From Eledone cirrhosa (taxonomy: Eukaryota): a stretch of 64,000 nucleotides of DNA. How positions within the stretch are numbered: the first letter of the stretch is position 1; every line of letters begins with the position of its first letter. The translations under genes and the position numbers were made by a program. Shown here one piece after another: positions 23,791 through 38,611 of this stretch. The DNA is taken from assembly GCA_964016885.1 (NCBI GenBank), contig OZ024743.1:291028001-291092000 (forward strand), read 5' to 3'. Under the pieces are notes generated by a model. The model saw nothing but the letters and a program-made list of their open reading frames with translations, had not been told where the DNA came from and made no database searches.

Positions 23791-25132
23791 ATTTTACTAC
23801 CTGATGACGGAACATGAATTCCTCGAATAGTGGTTATTCAAATATTGTTTATTTCAATGTCCTGGAGGTCTCGATGCTTTGTCTTGATTTTCAGAAACCA
23901 TGGTCGCAGTATTATATAAGTTGAAATTCAATTTTTAAAATCTAATTTGAGATGTATAACGCTAACATGAGATTTGACTTAAGTTTCATATATTTTAATA
24001 TGTTTTAATATATTTTAATACATCTCTGAGTAAATAACTAATATATTAATTGATTAATGTATTGCCCTTTCATTGAGATGCCTACGTATTAGAGATAGAT
24101 AACTTTAAATAGTTATAAATTAACCTGTATATAAATAAATATATATGTGTGAGCGTCTGTGTGTGAGTGTGTGGGCGTGTTTGTATGTGTGTGTGCGTAT
24201 ATATATAAATCATATACTACATAATTTCGCCTGTCAATGGTTGTCAAATTCGTCGTAGTTGAAAATTTCGAAGTATAGTCATCATGTGTCTCTTTCTTCT
24301 TTTGTTCTCTCTTATCATATATCAATCCTCTCTTAATTACGAGGTCATACGCTAATAGTTTTGTTTTCGTTTCGTTATATTTAGCTCCGGAATTGTTTAA
24401 TGTTTTAGATGAGCTTTTGTTTTAATATAACGTGATCAATATATGACTGAATGAACATTTGAATGTGAGTGCATCTTTTCCCATATTTATGATGAAGTGA
24501 GATTCGCAGTTTATATTTTCATTTTAATGTTAATGTTAATTTTACTTTCATGTTAAGGCAGTAAATGCTTGGTGGGATCTAAAATACCGTTCAACACCCT
24601 GAGTTTGGAGGAACATAGAAAGTGAGAAATTCTGAAACAGAAATCCTAATCTGCGCGTTTGCAACAAAGTGATGGTAAAGCGAGTAATATTTTAAGTATA
24701 TAACACCAAAATATTTTGAAATTTTCTTGCAATCAGGCGACATTGATTCGATTTTTTGAGCCGCAATACTAAGTAAGAATTTGGACCACAAAATCTGTCA
24801 TATAAAAAATGTAAAATTGAAGAAATGGAAATAATGGTAATCGAATTTTACTTGAATTACGAAAGACATGATATTTTTGTTTCGTAAAGTAAAATAACCA
24901 TGAATCATATTTATATACTTGTAACTTGTCTTCGCATTAACACATTTTGAATTATGAATATATCATGTAGATGTGTACGTGAGCAAATGGATTTTTAGAT
25001 TGTTCCTTCTGACAGTAGTTGTGACCAAGCGATTGTATCAACATTGGTATGACCGAAATAAACATCATTTTCTTTATTCGATAGAGGATCCCCAATCTCT
25101 TTCTTTTCTATTTTATAAATATATATATATAT

Positions 25133-25370
25133 ATGAAAAATGGCGTGCTGCGTGGTTGCACATGGGTTACATATGAATAAAATTAGTCCTTCATCTTCCA
25201 GCCTTCATTGGTATTTCTTCGCTTTAAAGATCATATACCTGAGGTTGGTGCTAGCAATAACTAAAGAAAGTTATAGGGACACGTAAAATAGGGTGAAGCG
25301 AGCGAGACATGTAAACAAACAAAGATGGTAATGCAACGGAATTATAGGAAGAGGAGAAACAAGTCCGTGA
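25133..25370. repeat. Unclassified repeat adjacent to (TA)n; second copy at ~45358-45780
   Basis: Shared CTGCGTGGYTGCACATGGGTTACATATGA...CATATACCTSAGGTTGGTGC..GCAATAACTAAA. Confidence 0.65.
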
Positions 25371-25497
25371 TAATATATATATATTGATATTTCGTTCGAA
25401 CCCTCATTATCGTAATGTAAATTGATACCGCAAGACATTGATTAACACACTTATTTTTGCTTGGTTATGTTGTTTTTTTCTAAAGAGGAATGAGAGG

Positions 25498-25597
<100 letters not shown>

Positions 25598-25612
25598 GTG
25601 TGTGTGTGTATA

Positions 25613-26015
25613 TTTCGTTTCTGAATTTGTTTAGCAAGATTCTGTAACTGAAAATGGGCGTTGAAACCGATATTGTTATTTTTTGGGAGGGTCCTGTTGC
25701 CAATAAGAAACACACGCACCAGTTTCTTTCACGCCAATGTTTAAACCATCTTGGTTTTGGTAGTAGATGGCGTAGGACAGAACAAAGGAGAGGCACACAA
25801 ATAAAGAAAAGAATCCCCAGTCACTGAAGAGGTCACATAATGTGTGACAAAAGAACTTTAACAATATAGGAAGAACCGTCCGGTTGTGGAACCAACCAAC
25901 CAACCGAAAATGTATACATTCTTAAATTTATAAATTTAACTTATAATAAATTGGAGTGAAAGCACTGGTGCGTGTGTTTCTAATTGGCAACATGACCCTC
26001 CCAAAGGATAACAAT
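25613..26015. mobile_element. PLE family B fold-back (tailed left arm, short right arm)
   Basis: Left minus arm includes the ~62-nt tail ending AATTCAGAAACGAAA. Right arm ends ATGACCCTCCCAAAGGATAACAA. Confidence 0.8.
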
Positions 26016-26518
26016 GTGTATATATATATATATATATATATTAGAAAGTGAGGATTTTTTTACAAAATGAAAAATAACCGACGTGTCCTACACGGGTGAA
26101 AGTATAAGGAAAAAAGATGAAATCGAAAATGCAGCTGGAGTCTTTTTTTTTTAAATATATATATTTATTTGGTTCTTTACCGGTTTCGCAGTTCTTCTGC
26201 TTTTCAAAAGTGAAGATGAGATGGAGGCTCTGTGGTTATCCTCACATCTGGTTGGTCTTTGAATGTTACATCTTTCATATGGAAAAAAGTGGCTCGAAAT
26301 GCCAGGTTTTTAGAGAAGTAATTTGATTGGTTGGTGAAAGAGTACATTAAATTTCGCGCCAGTTCGCGTTAGAAAGTTCTTCAAATAAAGGGGCTGGGGG
26401 GCTCAGGTTGTTTTTTTCATATATGAGTGAGGTGTGATTGGTTGATGCATCACGTGAATAGGCACATCAGCTTTCGCGCCAGTTTGTGTTTGAATTTCTT
26501 TTTACTTAAAAATGTATG

Positions 26519-26561
<43 letters not shown>

Positions 26562-26564
<3 letters not shown>

Positions 26565-27250
26565 CCATCCAAAGTCACTGGGAGAGATGACCCCTTAGCC
26601 TTTGTCAAGGCAGATTTCTAGGAGAAGGAAAACACTGATATAACACCTGCAACCCTGATGGTATCCAATGATGTTGACTTGTTCCTCTTTTTGGTAAATA
26701 TCATCTTGATTAAGAGAGTGGGACTGGCTTTGTGCAGTGTCTTTGCTCACTATAAAAGCTTCACGGCACAGGCATTGCTTTATATCTGGAGATCTCTCTG
26801 CACTTGTCGTCACATGGTACCATGGACCCAGCACTATGTGTCAATAATTGTCACAATTGTAGTGTTTGTACCAGAGTTTTCAAGTCGCTGACTGGACCAA
26901 AACGTCACACTCGTTCAGCACATCGGTGGGGGTTCTCCTACATGGATATAGAGTAGTGGCCGTACTCGAAAACGAGTTGGCAGCCACCATGTGCAGTGCC
27001 TTTGCTCACTATAAAAGCTTCACAACACAGGCATTGCTTTATATCTGGAGATCTCTCTGCACTTGTCGTCACATGGTACCAGGGTCCCAGCACTATGTGT
27101 CAATAATTGTCACAAGTGTAGTGTTTGTACCAGAGTTTTCAAGTCGCTGACAGGACTAAAAAGTCACGGTCGTTCAGCGCATCGGTAGGGGTTCTCCTAC
27201 GTGGATATAAAGTAGTGGCCGTACTCGAAAACGAGTTGGCAGCCACCATG
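26562..27250 (+). mobile_element. RTE-like LINE derivative with a tandemly duplicated 3' end (~260-bp unit)
   Basis: 26731-26990 is repeated at 26990-27250. The unit encodes a C2H2-like CSVCTRVFKSLTGPKRHTRSAH and ends in a CTCGAAAACGAG hairpin followed by (GTAT)n. Confidence 0.6.
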
Positions 27251-28133
27251 TATGTATGTATATATATATATATATGTATGTATGTGTGTATATATACATC
27301 TATGTATGTATATATATATATGTATGTATGTATGCTTATATATATACGTATATATGTATGTATATATGTATGTATAATAATAATAATGAAATGATTGTGT
27401 ACAGTGCTCAGGTGCACTACAAGTCATCAAATGTGCATGTATAGTACAGAGAATAATATACAAATGTCAGGGAAGTGAAAGTGTATGAGTCATGATATAC
27501 ATGCGTGCGTGTGTATTAGGGGAATATTCGGTATATATGTGTGTGTGTAAATATGCATATAAATATGTATATTATGCGAGTGGATAGAGTAAAGTACGCT
27601 TGGAAAAAAACGACGCATAAGCCGTACGGTGAAATATGGGAGTAAACGATATCCTAAGATATATTCTAACATCACTGTTCAACGATTACTGTATGTCTGT
27701 CTGCCTATACATTCATCCATCTACCTAACACTCTATGCATATTTATTTATATATGCATCCATCTGAAATGTCAATACATTGATCTGTCTATACATATATC
27801 TTTTTTCGATCTATATTTCTGTTAATCTTACCAATAATAAACGGTTGCCAGTTTATGAATGCGTTAAAATATTTAACCCTTAATAAGAACATGTAGAGAG
27901 CTACAAAGAGCTCAGACGAGGGGGTTGAAAGCAAAAATAATTCACAAAATTAATCCAAGTAGCCTTACTCATAATATACTCTGAAAGTGAATAACCTTGG
28001 TGATATTATATGTACTATATCAGTTTTAGGCAAACCATGGATAGATGTACTATTTACATGTATATACCTCCTCACGCAGTCACACACAAACACACGTAAA
28101 CCCACAGGTACATGCACACGCACACGCACACGC

Positions 28134-29366
<1,233 letters not shown>

Positions 29367-29399
29367 ATAATAATAAATATATATAATTATATATATATA

Positions 29400-29459
29400 T
29401 TGTTATACTTTGGGAGGGTCATGTTGCCAATAAAGAATCTCGCTAAACAAATTCAGAAA

Positions 29460-29462
<3 letters not shown>
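29400..29462. mobile_element. Minimal family B fold-back (about 63 bp)
   Basis: Minus short end TTGTTATACTTTGGGAGGGTCATGTTGCC is joined to plus-strand tail end AATCTCGCTAAACAAATTCAGAAACGA. TA-rich on both sides. Confidence 0.7.
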
Positions 29463-29514
<52 letters not shown>

Positions 29515-29526
29515 CATATACACATG

Positions 29527-29579
<53 letters not shown>

Positions 29580-29600
29580 ATAATAATAAATATATATAAT

Positions 29601-29679
<79 letters not shown>

Positions 29680-29791
29680 TCTGTATATTCCATAATAATA
29701 AATTACGCTCACAAGTTATTTGTCAATAGGGTACGACGCTATGCATTGAAGCCATATTGCTACTGAACTCAGAACCGTATGTATAAATGTA

Positions 29792-29835
<44 letters not shown>

Positions 29836-30180
29836 TTTGTATGTGTGTGTATGTGTGTGTATGTGTAGATGTATACAATTGCATGAATGAGCTCGTATGC
29901 GTGTGCATATATGGACACTTTTGTCTTCTCTGAAAAGATGTATTCGTGTTTCGCATTAAATGTCGAACGGTATTCGTCTTGATAAATATGTAACTACTTT
30001 GCATTGTTACTTTATAATCTTTTAATCCACCACAGAAGAAGAAAAATGGAATTCGATAGGGTGACGCATAATATTGACCTAAGTTATAGATGTTGGAAAT
30101 TGTTATAGATATTCTAAAGTGTCGAAGGGGAAGACTGGTAAAATAGCTCCTCAACATACCACGAATCAAACATAAGTAGA

Positions 30181-30215
<35 letters not shown>

Positions 30216-30256
30216 GTACACACACACACACACACACACACAGACACATACACGCG

Positions 30257-30368
<112 letters not shown>

Positions 30369-30575
30369 TATATATGTATATGTTTATGTGTGTATGTGTG
30401 TGTTATTGTGCATATATGGCACATTCCTTTACGATTGGTCACTTTATTATTTTTCTTATGCACTCATAGAAATTACAGAAATGACTAACGCAATACATGT
30501 ATAAGACACGGGGATGATGGGAGACTGAAAACGAAGTAACATGGGGATCTGATATTCAATTTAAACAATAATAAA

Positions 30576-30618
<43 letters not shown>

Positions 30619-31764
30619 GCGCGTGTGTGTGCGTGTTTGTGTATGTGTGCGCGCATGTATGTGTATGTGGGTGTGCGTGTGTTTTTGTCTGTGCGTATAT
30701 GTGTTTGATATTTATATACACTTAGTCATTCAACCATTCACACATACGGGTATTTATTGACCCTTCCGCAAACCATCACGCACACACGCACTCTCTATCT
30801 TTTCATATAATATTTATTTACATGTGTGTGTGTGTCGTTTTGTACGTGTGTTTTGATGTGTGTATATAATTGTATATATTGTGTGTGTGTTTATGACGTC
30901 AAATTTCCATATCATAATTTATTTTAATCAATGAACTCATCATTTTGTCAAAAAAATTATACGATTCCTACAGCATGCCAGTTCGTTTGAAATCAGCCAC
31001 GCCCCTGGCATGACACGTTTTAAACAAACCTCTTACGTCTGTATACTTCTTAAGAAATGATAACATGTTAACAAAAAGAGCTTAATTTCACAGCTCGTTC
31101 AAACATCAATAGAAGATGCTTCATATATATTCCCTTTTCCTAAATTCTCACATCACACTACAAGTGCTAATACAATGAAAGTCACGCACTAGCTATTTCT
31201 AAACAGTCACACACATACATGATTACCTACAGCCAACTGGAGCTCCCCTCTACTGTATACACGTGTATGATCGAAACCTCATTAGTTTGGGCCGTACGTC
31301 GTCTGTGACTATAAAATATAGACTCCATCTCTCCCTGCCCAACTACTGACTTTTGATTAAACAGCACACCATCTCCTAGCATGAAGAACGTCGGTATTGC
31401 ACAATGCATATATGATTCAGTTATGAAGTTATTGGTAATTGTTAGGGGTTTAAGAAGTCGGGGATAGGTAGGGTAGTGTGTGATAGCATTTGTTTATCCC
31501 ACTGAATTTATGAACAAGTGGTTACATTCTTGTGCAAACAGCGCGAATGTTAAATGCATACGTGTATGTTCTCCGAGTGTGTGTGTGTGCGTGTGTGTAT
31601 GTGTGTGCGTGCACGTTTTGTTGTGTCTGTGTTTGTGTATGACAATGTTTTACATACACATCTGTACACAAGACACATAAACATGCGCACACACATACAG
31701 CCATAAACATAATTAAATACACACACTCATATATATATATATATATGTGTGTATAAGAGAGAGG

Positions 31765-31838
<74 letters not shown>

Positions 31839-31870
31839 ATGATAGAGAAAGTGATATAAATATGTGAAAG

Positions 31871-32471
31871 TATATATATAAAACTGAGGATGTCTGTATG
31901 TGTGTATGTGTGTGTTTGTGTGTGTATGTGGGGGGGGTGTCTGTGTGTCTGAGTTAGAATCCCTAAAACTCGAGAAGTACCCAACCGAATTTTTTCATCC
32001 ACTACTTTTTGGTCCGCTAGGGTCGGCATGAGGTGACAAACTGCGTTTTTTCAGCATTTTATGGTTTTTTTGAAGCGTTGTGTCAGACCGATTTCCTTGA
32101 AATTGTAACTCTGTATTAGTCTGTCTCTTCTGCATAGCGTGAGCAAAGAAAATCCAACTTTTTTATGGCCTAGGTGAAAAATTTCATTTTTTTAGCTCTT
32201 TTAGGCGTTACGTCTCCCGATTTTACCCAAATTTCAAGGCATATTATGCACATAAAAAAATTCATTTTCTTGATACCGTAGAACCTATATTTGGTGAAAA
32301 CGTGCATTTTTCCAGCTTCATCTAGGAAAATCTTAAAGATTATCTAGCCATCAGAGTATTCGGTTTATTTTCTTTATATATTGTCCAGACATGCAGTTTT
32401 TCCACGATTAGGTCTGTTATCGGCCCGCGTCCCAAAATAGCCTATCCCGGCAATGCCGGGTACCACTGGTA

Positions 32472-32472
<1 letters not shown>
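31871..32472 (+). mobile_element. Non-autonomous Helitron-like element
   Basis: Starts TATATATAAAACTGAGGATGTCTGT. Subterminal hairpin CCCGGC-aat-GCCGGG at 32446-32460, followed by CTGGTAG (canonical CTAG degenerate). Confidence 0.65.
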
Positions 32473-32523
<51 letters not shown>

Positions 32524-32883
32524 AATTAGCGAGAATCGTTTTCAGCTCAGGAATTAACGAAAATCAAAACGTCCGATATGTGTGGCAAGCGCTCGATGAA
32601 TCATATGAATCAGAGCTACAACATACGTTAAGGGCCGAACACACTGAGATGATGGTTAAACATATCATCCGCACAGCCAAAACAAAACGACCAAGTAATT
32701 CGGGTCAAACAATAAAAATATATGTGTTGATATATATATATGTGGAGTGCATACGAGTTGAGCGAATGCACATATATTTGTATGAATAGTTATGATTACC
32801 TCAACACTCACTCTCTATCTCATTTTCTCTCTCTTTCTTTATCTATTTTCTCGTTATTTCACTCTCTCTCTCTCTCTCTCCCT

Positions 32884-32944
<61 letters not shown>

Positions 32945-33548
32945 TATATACACCTCGATGCATGTGTGTGTGAGGGAGAGGGTAAACATAGGAAAACAAA
33001 ATCATGTGTAATAGAGTGATGAACTTAGCAAACATGAAAAGAGGTGGTGTTAGCAGCAATTCTTGTTATGGAATGTGTAAAGCATGTTTCGTTGTCGTTC
33101 GCCAAAGGAATTGGTAACCGTGACAACAGAGTGGTTACACATCATCATCTATGGCATTCGCTTTATGGTGTATCATCATCACGATCTATATCGTCTTTAT
33201 TACCAACACTGTCATCATCATTATTATTATAATCATCGTCCCCAACGCTACCGTCACCGTCGTCATCATCAACATCATAATCACGCAGAGTTATGAGAGT
33301 AATCATAACCATATTCAGCATCAACACCAAATTGAACGACAACACCGCCACTATCATCGTCAGCCTCATGTTTATCATCCTTGTCATGATATTATCGTGA
33401 TCATTATCATCAAAAACACCATCAATCATCATAGCTTCTTATCACACGATTCATGTTCATCACCGTTCGTCATAACCCTTGCGATTTGTTCTTCCATTTT
33501 ATCACCATACATAGAAATATTAATAACAACATCGATAGCAACAATGCC

Positions 33549-33603
<55 letters not shown>

Positions 33604-33968
33604 GTATTAATAATAATAGCAACAACAACAACAACAACAATGATGAGGATGATAAACAATAGCAATCGCGACCGACATTCCAATAAGCATGAGGATTTTT
33701 GAAATTCCGATGGAAACGTCATCAGCATTCAAAGTGATCAAGTATTTGGTTAGAGGTTAGAGAAGGTCTTCAATATTGTGATATCACAGTCAGCCATCAT
33801 CTACCCCACCACCGAAAATAGCATTAATTATGGTGAAATACTATATTATAGTGACACAGAAGAAAAATGAGGGGAAATATTTTGAAGTATAAAAAAGAAA
33901 ATGAGAAGATGAAGAATAGATATGGATTGGGGGATTGGATGAATGTATTGAATAAGAGGGGGGTATTA

Positions 33969-33999
<31 letters not shown>

Positions 34000-34172
34000 A
34001 AGAAGAAGAAGAAGAAGAAGAAGAAGAAGAAGAAGAAGAAGAAGAAGAAGAAGGAGGAGGAGGAGGAGGAGAAGAAGAAGAAGAAGAAGAAGAAGAAGAA
34101 GAAGAAGAAGAAGAAGAAGAAGAAGAAGAAGAAGAAGAAGAAGAAGAAGAAGAAGAAGAAGAAGAAGAAGAA
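33969..34172 (+). repeat. (GAA)n microsatellite interrupted by (GGA)n
   Basis: About 200 bp of pure purine triplet repeat. Confidence 0.97.
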
Positions 34173-34689
34173 TTTATATTTGACTGTGCTCTCAAACAAT
34201 ACACTAAAGCTGTTTTATTCCGTTTAATTCATTTTTCAGAATTATGTCGATAAATGCTATAATTTTGTTTGCAGTAAAATTATGTTAGTCGCTAGGTCTC
34301 TTAAGAATGACAAAAAAAAAAAATACTTAACTCTACGAAATAATTGAAAATTGAATACAACACTCTTTGTGTTCTTAATATGATTAAAATTATACATTTC
34401 GTAAATAATATGCATACAACCACGAATCATTCTATGCTACTCAGATCTAAAATGTCTACTAAAATAATTTCCTATCTTATTTCGTTTGTATATTGTGTAA
34501 TTATATATTCAGTTTACTTATATACTAATTTGTTGCACATAATTTTCATCTGTTTTACATTTCTTAATATATAACATATGCTTAAATATTTTTGAATAAA
34601 TTTATTTCAGATGGAAAGCAACATTACTCTTCTAAGCAACGTCGAGCCTAGTTAGTGGATAGGGAGGTGGCCGTTTGGGAAACCTAGGT

Positions 34690-34914
34690 ACTGTCAACAC
34701 AGAAAAACCAAATGGTGTAGGACACACGAAAGGAGGGACAGAATAACAACACAGTCTGTGAGCAGATCACAGAAGGTGTGACGAAAGAGCTTTGACAATA
34801 TATAAACAACCACCCGGTTAAGGAAACAACAAACCGGACATTTATAATAAATTGAAGTGAAAACCAACAGGTGCGTGTGTTTTTTATTGGCAGCATTGCT
34901 GCCAAAGTATAACA

Positions 34915-34915
<1 letters not shown>
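34690..34915 (+). mobile_element. PLE family B solo 3' end
   Basis: Homologous to 46010-46290 and ends CCAAAGTATAACAA followed by (TA)n. Confidence 0.75.
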
Positions 34916-34987
<72 letters not shown>

Positions 34988-34993
<6 letters not shown>

Positions 34994-35378
34994 ACTAGAA
35001 ATTTATTAACATATAAGTAAACATGAATAATCACAGGAGATAATTTTTACAAGTGTGTAACCACATAGAGCTAGGTTGGTAACTAAATAAAGTTAACCAG
35101 AACTTCAAAAATATAATATGATTAATCTGATTGAAGTTCTGGTCAACTTTATTTAGTTACCTACCTAGCTATGTGTGGTTACACACTTGTAAACATTATC
35201 TCCTGTGATTATTCATGTTTATTTATATGTTATCAATTTCTAGTTATTATAAAATGCTCGGACCTACTCGTTAGCATCTTAGAGCTTATTTTGCGGGTGA
35301 TATGGTGCATCTCTTTCTGGCATGACACCCATAATTTTGATTTAGATTAAATTCATTTGATTTATCTTAATTTTGGAG

Positions 35379-35379
<1 letters not shown>
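34988..35379. mobile_element. Family J fold-back (arms 34988-35109 and 35131-35250, tail to 35379)
   Basis: Clear ~120-bp inverted arms flanked by (TA)n. No coding sequence seen. Confidence 0.75.
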
Positions 35380-35472
<93 letters not shown>

Positions 35473-36526
35473 TATTTTCCTTTATCCAGAGGCCCTATGA
35501 TCAACCAACAAACAGGTGTAATATTTTATGAGAGTCAGAGAGTGTAATGGTGGTTTACAGTGTTTAATTAAATCCAAGGTGCTAAGCATGTATTAGCTCA
35601 GTTGTAGAAATAATTATGAAAACGATGATGATGATAATAATGATGATGATGATGGTGGCAATGATAATGCTGCTGATGTCAAAGGTGACAAGTACGAATA
35701 AGGTGGTCGTGATTTTGACGAGCATATGAATGATGTTGATGATGGAAATGATAAAGATGATGAAATTATTGATGATGGAGATAATGATCATGTTTTTCAT
35801 AGTGTTATTATGAGGTTTGGAATGATGAAATGGATGGTGTTATTTGGTTGCATGATGATTCTGATGATGATGAGGAGTTGTAGAATCAAATGACGAGGGG
35901 TGAAGTAAATTGGCAATGGCAATGTTTCGGTCATTTATGACAATAGTCACTATGAAACTTTAAAAAAATGTATATAGGGCGCGGATATTTTCGATCTTCA
36001 TGCTGGTCAAGTTGTCATTTAAGAGTTGGATCTACTTTCGTCCTGTATGTAATTTTTTAAATTTGATTTGGCTGCAGATATCATATTGTGCTGTTGCACA
36101 CATTATATATAGAAAAGTGTTTATCCTACAAATATTTACATTCGTGTTCATCATTTTCCACTAAAATTTTAGGCATTATAAGCAGGAAATTGAAACGAAG
36201 GTTGCCTGTGCAAGGGCTTCGGCAGCAACTAAAGCCAGGATATGGAAATGAAGAGAGGCGATAATGTACATGGGAATTGGGAATTGTTTTAGTCTTCATG
36301 AAACTGATTGCACGTTCGACATTAGGATGAATGTTTTATGTCTTGAAACGGTTTCCACTTTGCATTTAAATGCGTGTATGCCCATACGTATACAAGATCA
36401 AATACACACAAGGAAACGTTTTTTGCTGAATCAAACCACATATATCTATATATGTATAACTATCTAGTTATTTCTCCATATAAATGCATGTAGTTCTTTC
36501 TTTTTCTCCACTTGTTGAATATTCTG

Positions 36527-36702
<176 letters not shown>

Positions 36703-37305
36703 ACACACACACAGTCACACACATATATATATATATATGTGTGTATATAAATATATATATATATAACCGACTATACGTGATCTTTTGACCTGCATGTATG
36801 AGAATTTATACAGAAAGTTTGACATTAAGCATGCAAATATTAAGCCAGTTTTAAGAAAAAAGACAGTAGGTGGCTCACTGAAATAAAGATACAAAGAAAG
36901 TTGCGAACAATACAAACTGAGGAGAGAGATATATAGAAAGTGTGAAAGGGCGGAGCGGGGTAGGTGAGAGATGCTAATGTAAATAATCAAACACATGCGC
37001 ACACGTACTCACAGTCATACATTATTTCTCAGATCAACAAACATACAATCGCGCATATGAAGACACATTATAACGAAACCACATGTGATTTGAAGTAATG
37101 TAAATAAAAATTGTCATAAATACAATCAATGTTTTTCTCGGGTCCCAATAAAAGAAATCAGTTACGCATATAAGATGAATAATAATAAAAAAAATATGAC
37201 TTAAGATTCACGCAATTTAGATGGAGAAATGGAACAGAAACGCTCAGATGTAAGAAACAATTAGATATATACAAGAATAGAATGTCATTGAAACAGTATG
37301 CCTTG

Positions 37306-37404
37306 CTATGTTAGTGGTTCGTAGTTGGTGGTATGGGAGCTGATCGGGCTGGTGGGGATACTTGCTGCTTTGTTTACATTTTCTTGTTTGCTGTGTTCAT
37401 CGTG
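37306..37404 (-). other. Candidate terminal coding exon of an unidentified host gene
   Basis: Acceptor ttctatatttcgttctttacAG, then a GC-richer 99 nt reading HDEHSKQENVNKAASIPTSPISSHTTNYEPLT*. No homology recognised. Confidence 0.25.
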
Positions 37405-38506
37405 CTGTAAAGAACGAAATATAGAAATAATGAATATGTGTAAATATGATATGAAATTGAAATATCGAGCGAACATGAATGCTATTAGACATAGTTGAGC
37501 ATATATACAATTGTAAATAGCAAGGGAAGCACGAGTTTTGTTAACCCTCACACACAAAATCATATATATGCCCATATAATCAAACTCGTATTCGCATGCA
37601 ATTACGCACAACCAAGAAAATATGTTTGATCTGCTGCGTATTATACTTCATATGAATAAGAAAAGTATGTAGTACGCTTCATTTTTATCCTAATATATAT
37701 ACATGTAGACATACATGCACACGCATGTACACATAACACATGCGTATGTGTAAACACACACACACACACACATATATATCGAGCCCTCTTGGATTTTAGT
37801 CTTCAAATTTATTATTATTACTATATATTTATATATATATATATGAAATATCAGTATATATATAGACATACATATGTTTACACACATACAGGGATGAACA
37901 AGGATGCACGCACACACACACTCATGTATTTTTGAATATATTCATTGAATTGAATTCATTCGTTACTCAAAATTTCACACGTTCACACACTCTGTTAACA
38001 TCCCTACCGTATTTTAAATAATAGTTTGAAATAAATCCGAAAGAATTGTATCTATAGAAGCAATACCAATATCGCTTATGATTTGTTAAGGCATATCACG
38101 TGACCTCACAAAAGAAGTAAACTTATTTACTCTACATGTGAAAAGTTTCTAATAGAAGTGTCTCGGGAAGTGTTTACTGCTAGATCACTAAATTTATGTC
38201 GTTTAATGTCCTGCGGTATAGTTTTGGTGATTCAGTGTACGTTTTGTATGAATGCAGAAGAGAGTGCGGTGGTTAAAATTTGATAGGTACGAAGTCCACT
38301 ATGATCATATGTATATGTCTATGAATGCGTTTTTCTACAGTGTGTGCGTTTATTTCTTAGGATATGTTATGAGTAAGACTGGGGATGTAATTTATTTACC
38401 GCATGATACAAACCACAACCCCAGAATGTACACCTTATTCACCCTGCATATATTATTGTTGCAGATATGCTATTCAAACATTCAAACTACACGCAAACGT
38501 ACATAT

Positions 38507-38586
<80 letters not shown>

Positions 38587-38611
38587 AGACACACATGTAC
38601 ATATATATACA

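Noticed and set aside
23800-23835. Other hammerhead-like traces (CTGATGA at 23.8 kb; also ~44.37, ~45.45, ~47.1 and ~52.65 kb)
   Set aside because: The core or stems are too degenerate to support a call without a family consensus.
33151-35880. His/Ile/Asn-rich ORFs near 33.2-33.7 kb and 35.6-35.9 kb
   Set aside because: Aged (CAT)n/(AAT)n triplet repeats with no domain signal.
36170-36260. Exon-like segment after an AG
   Set aside because: The frame EIETKVACARASAATKARIWK resembles an RTE LINE motif, so it is probably a retroelement scrap.
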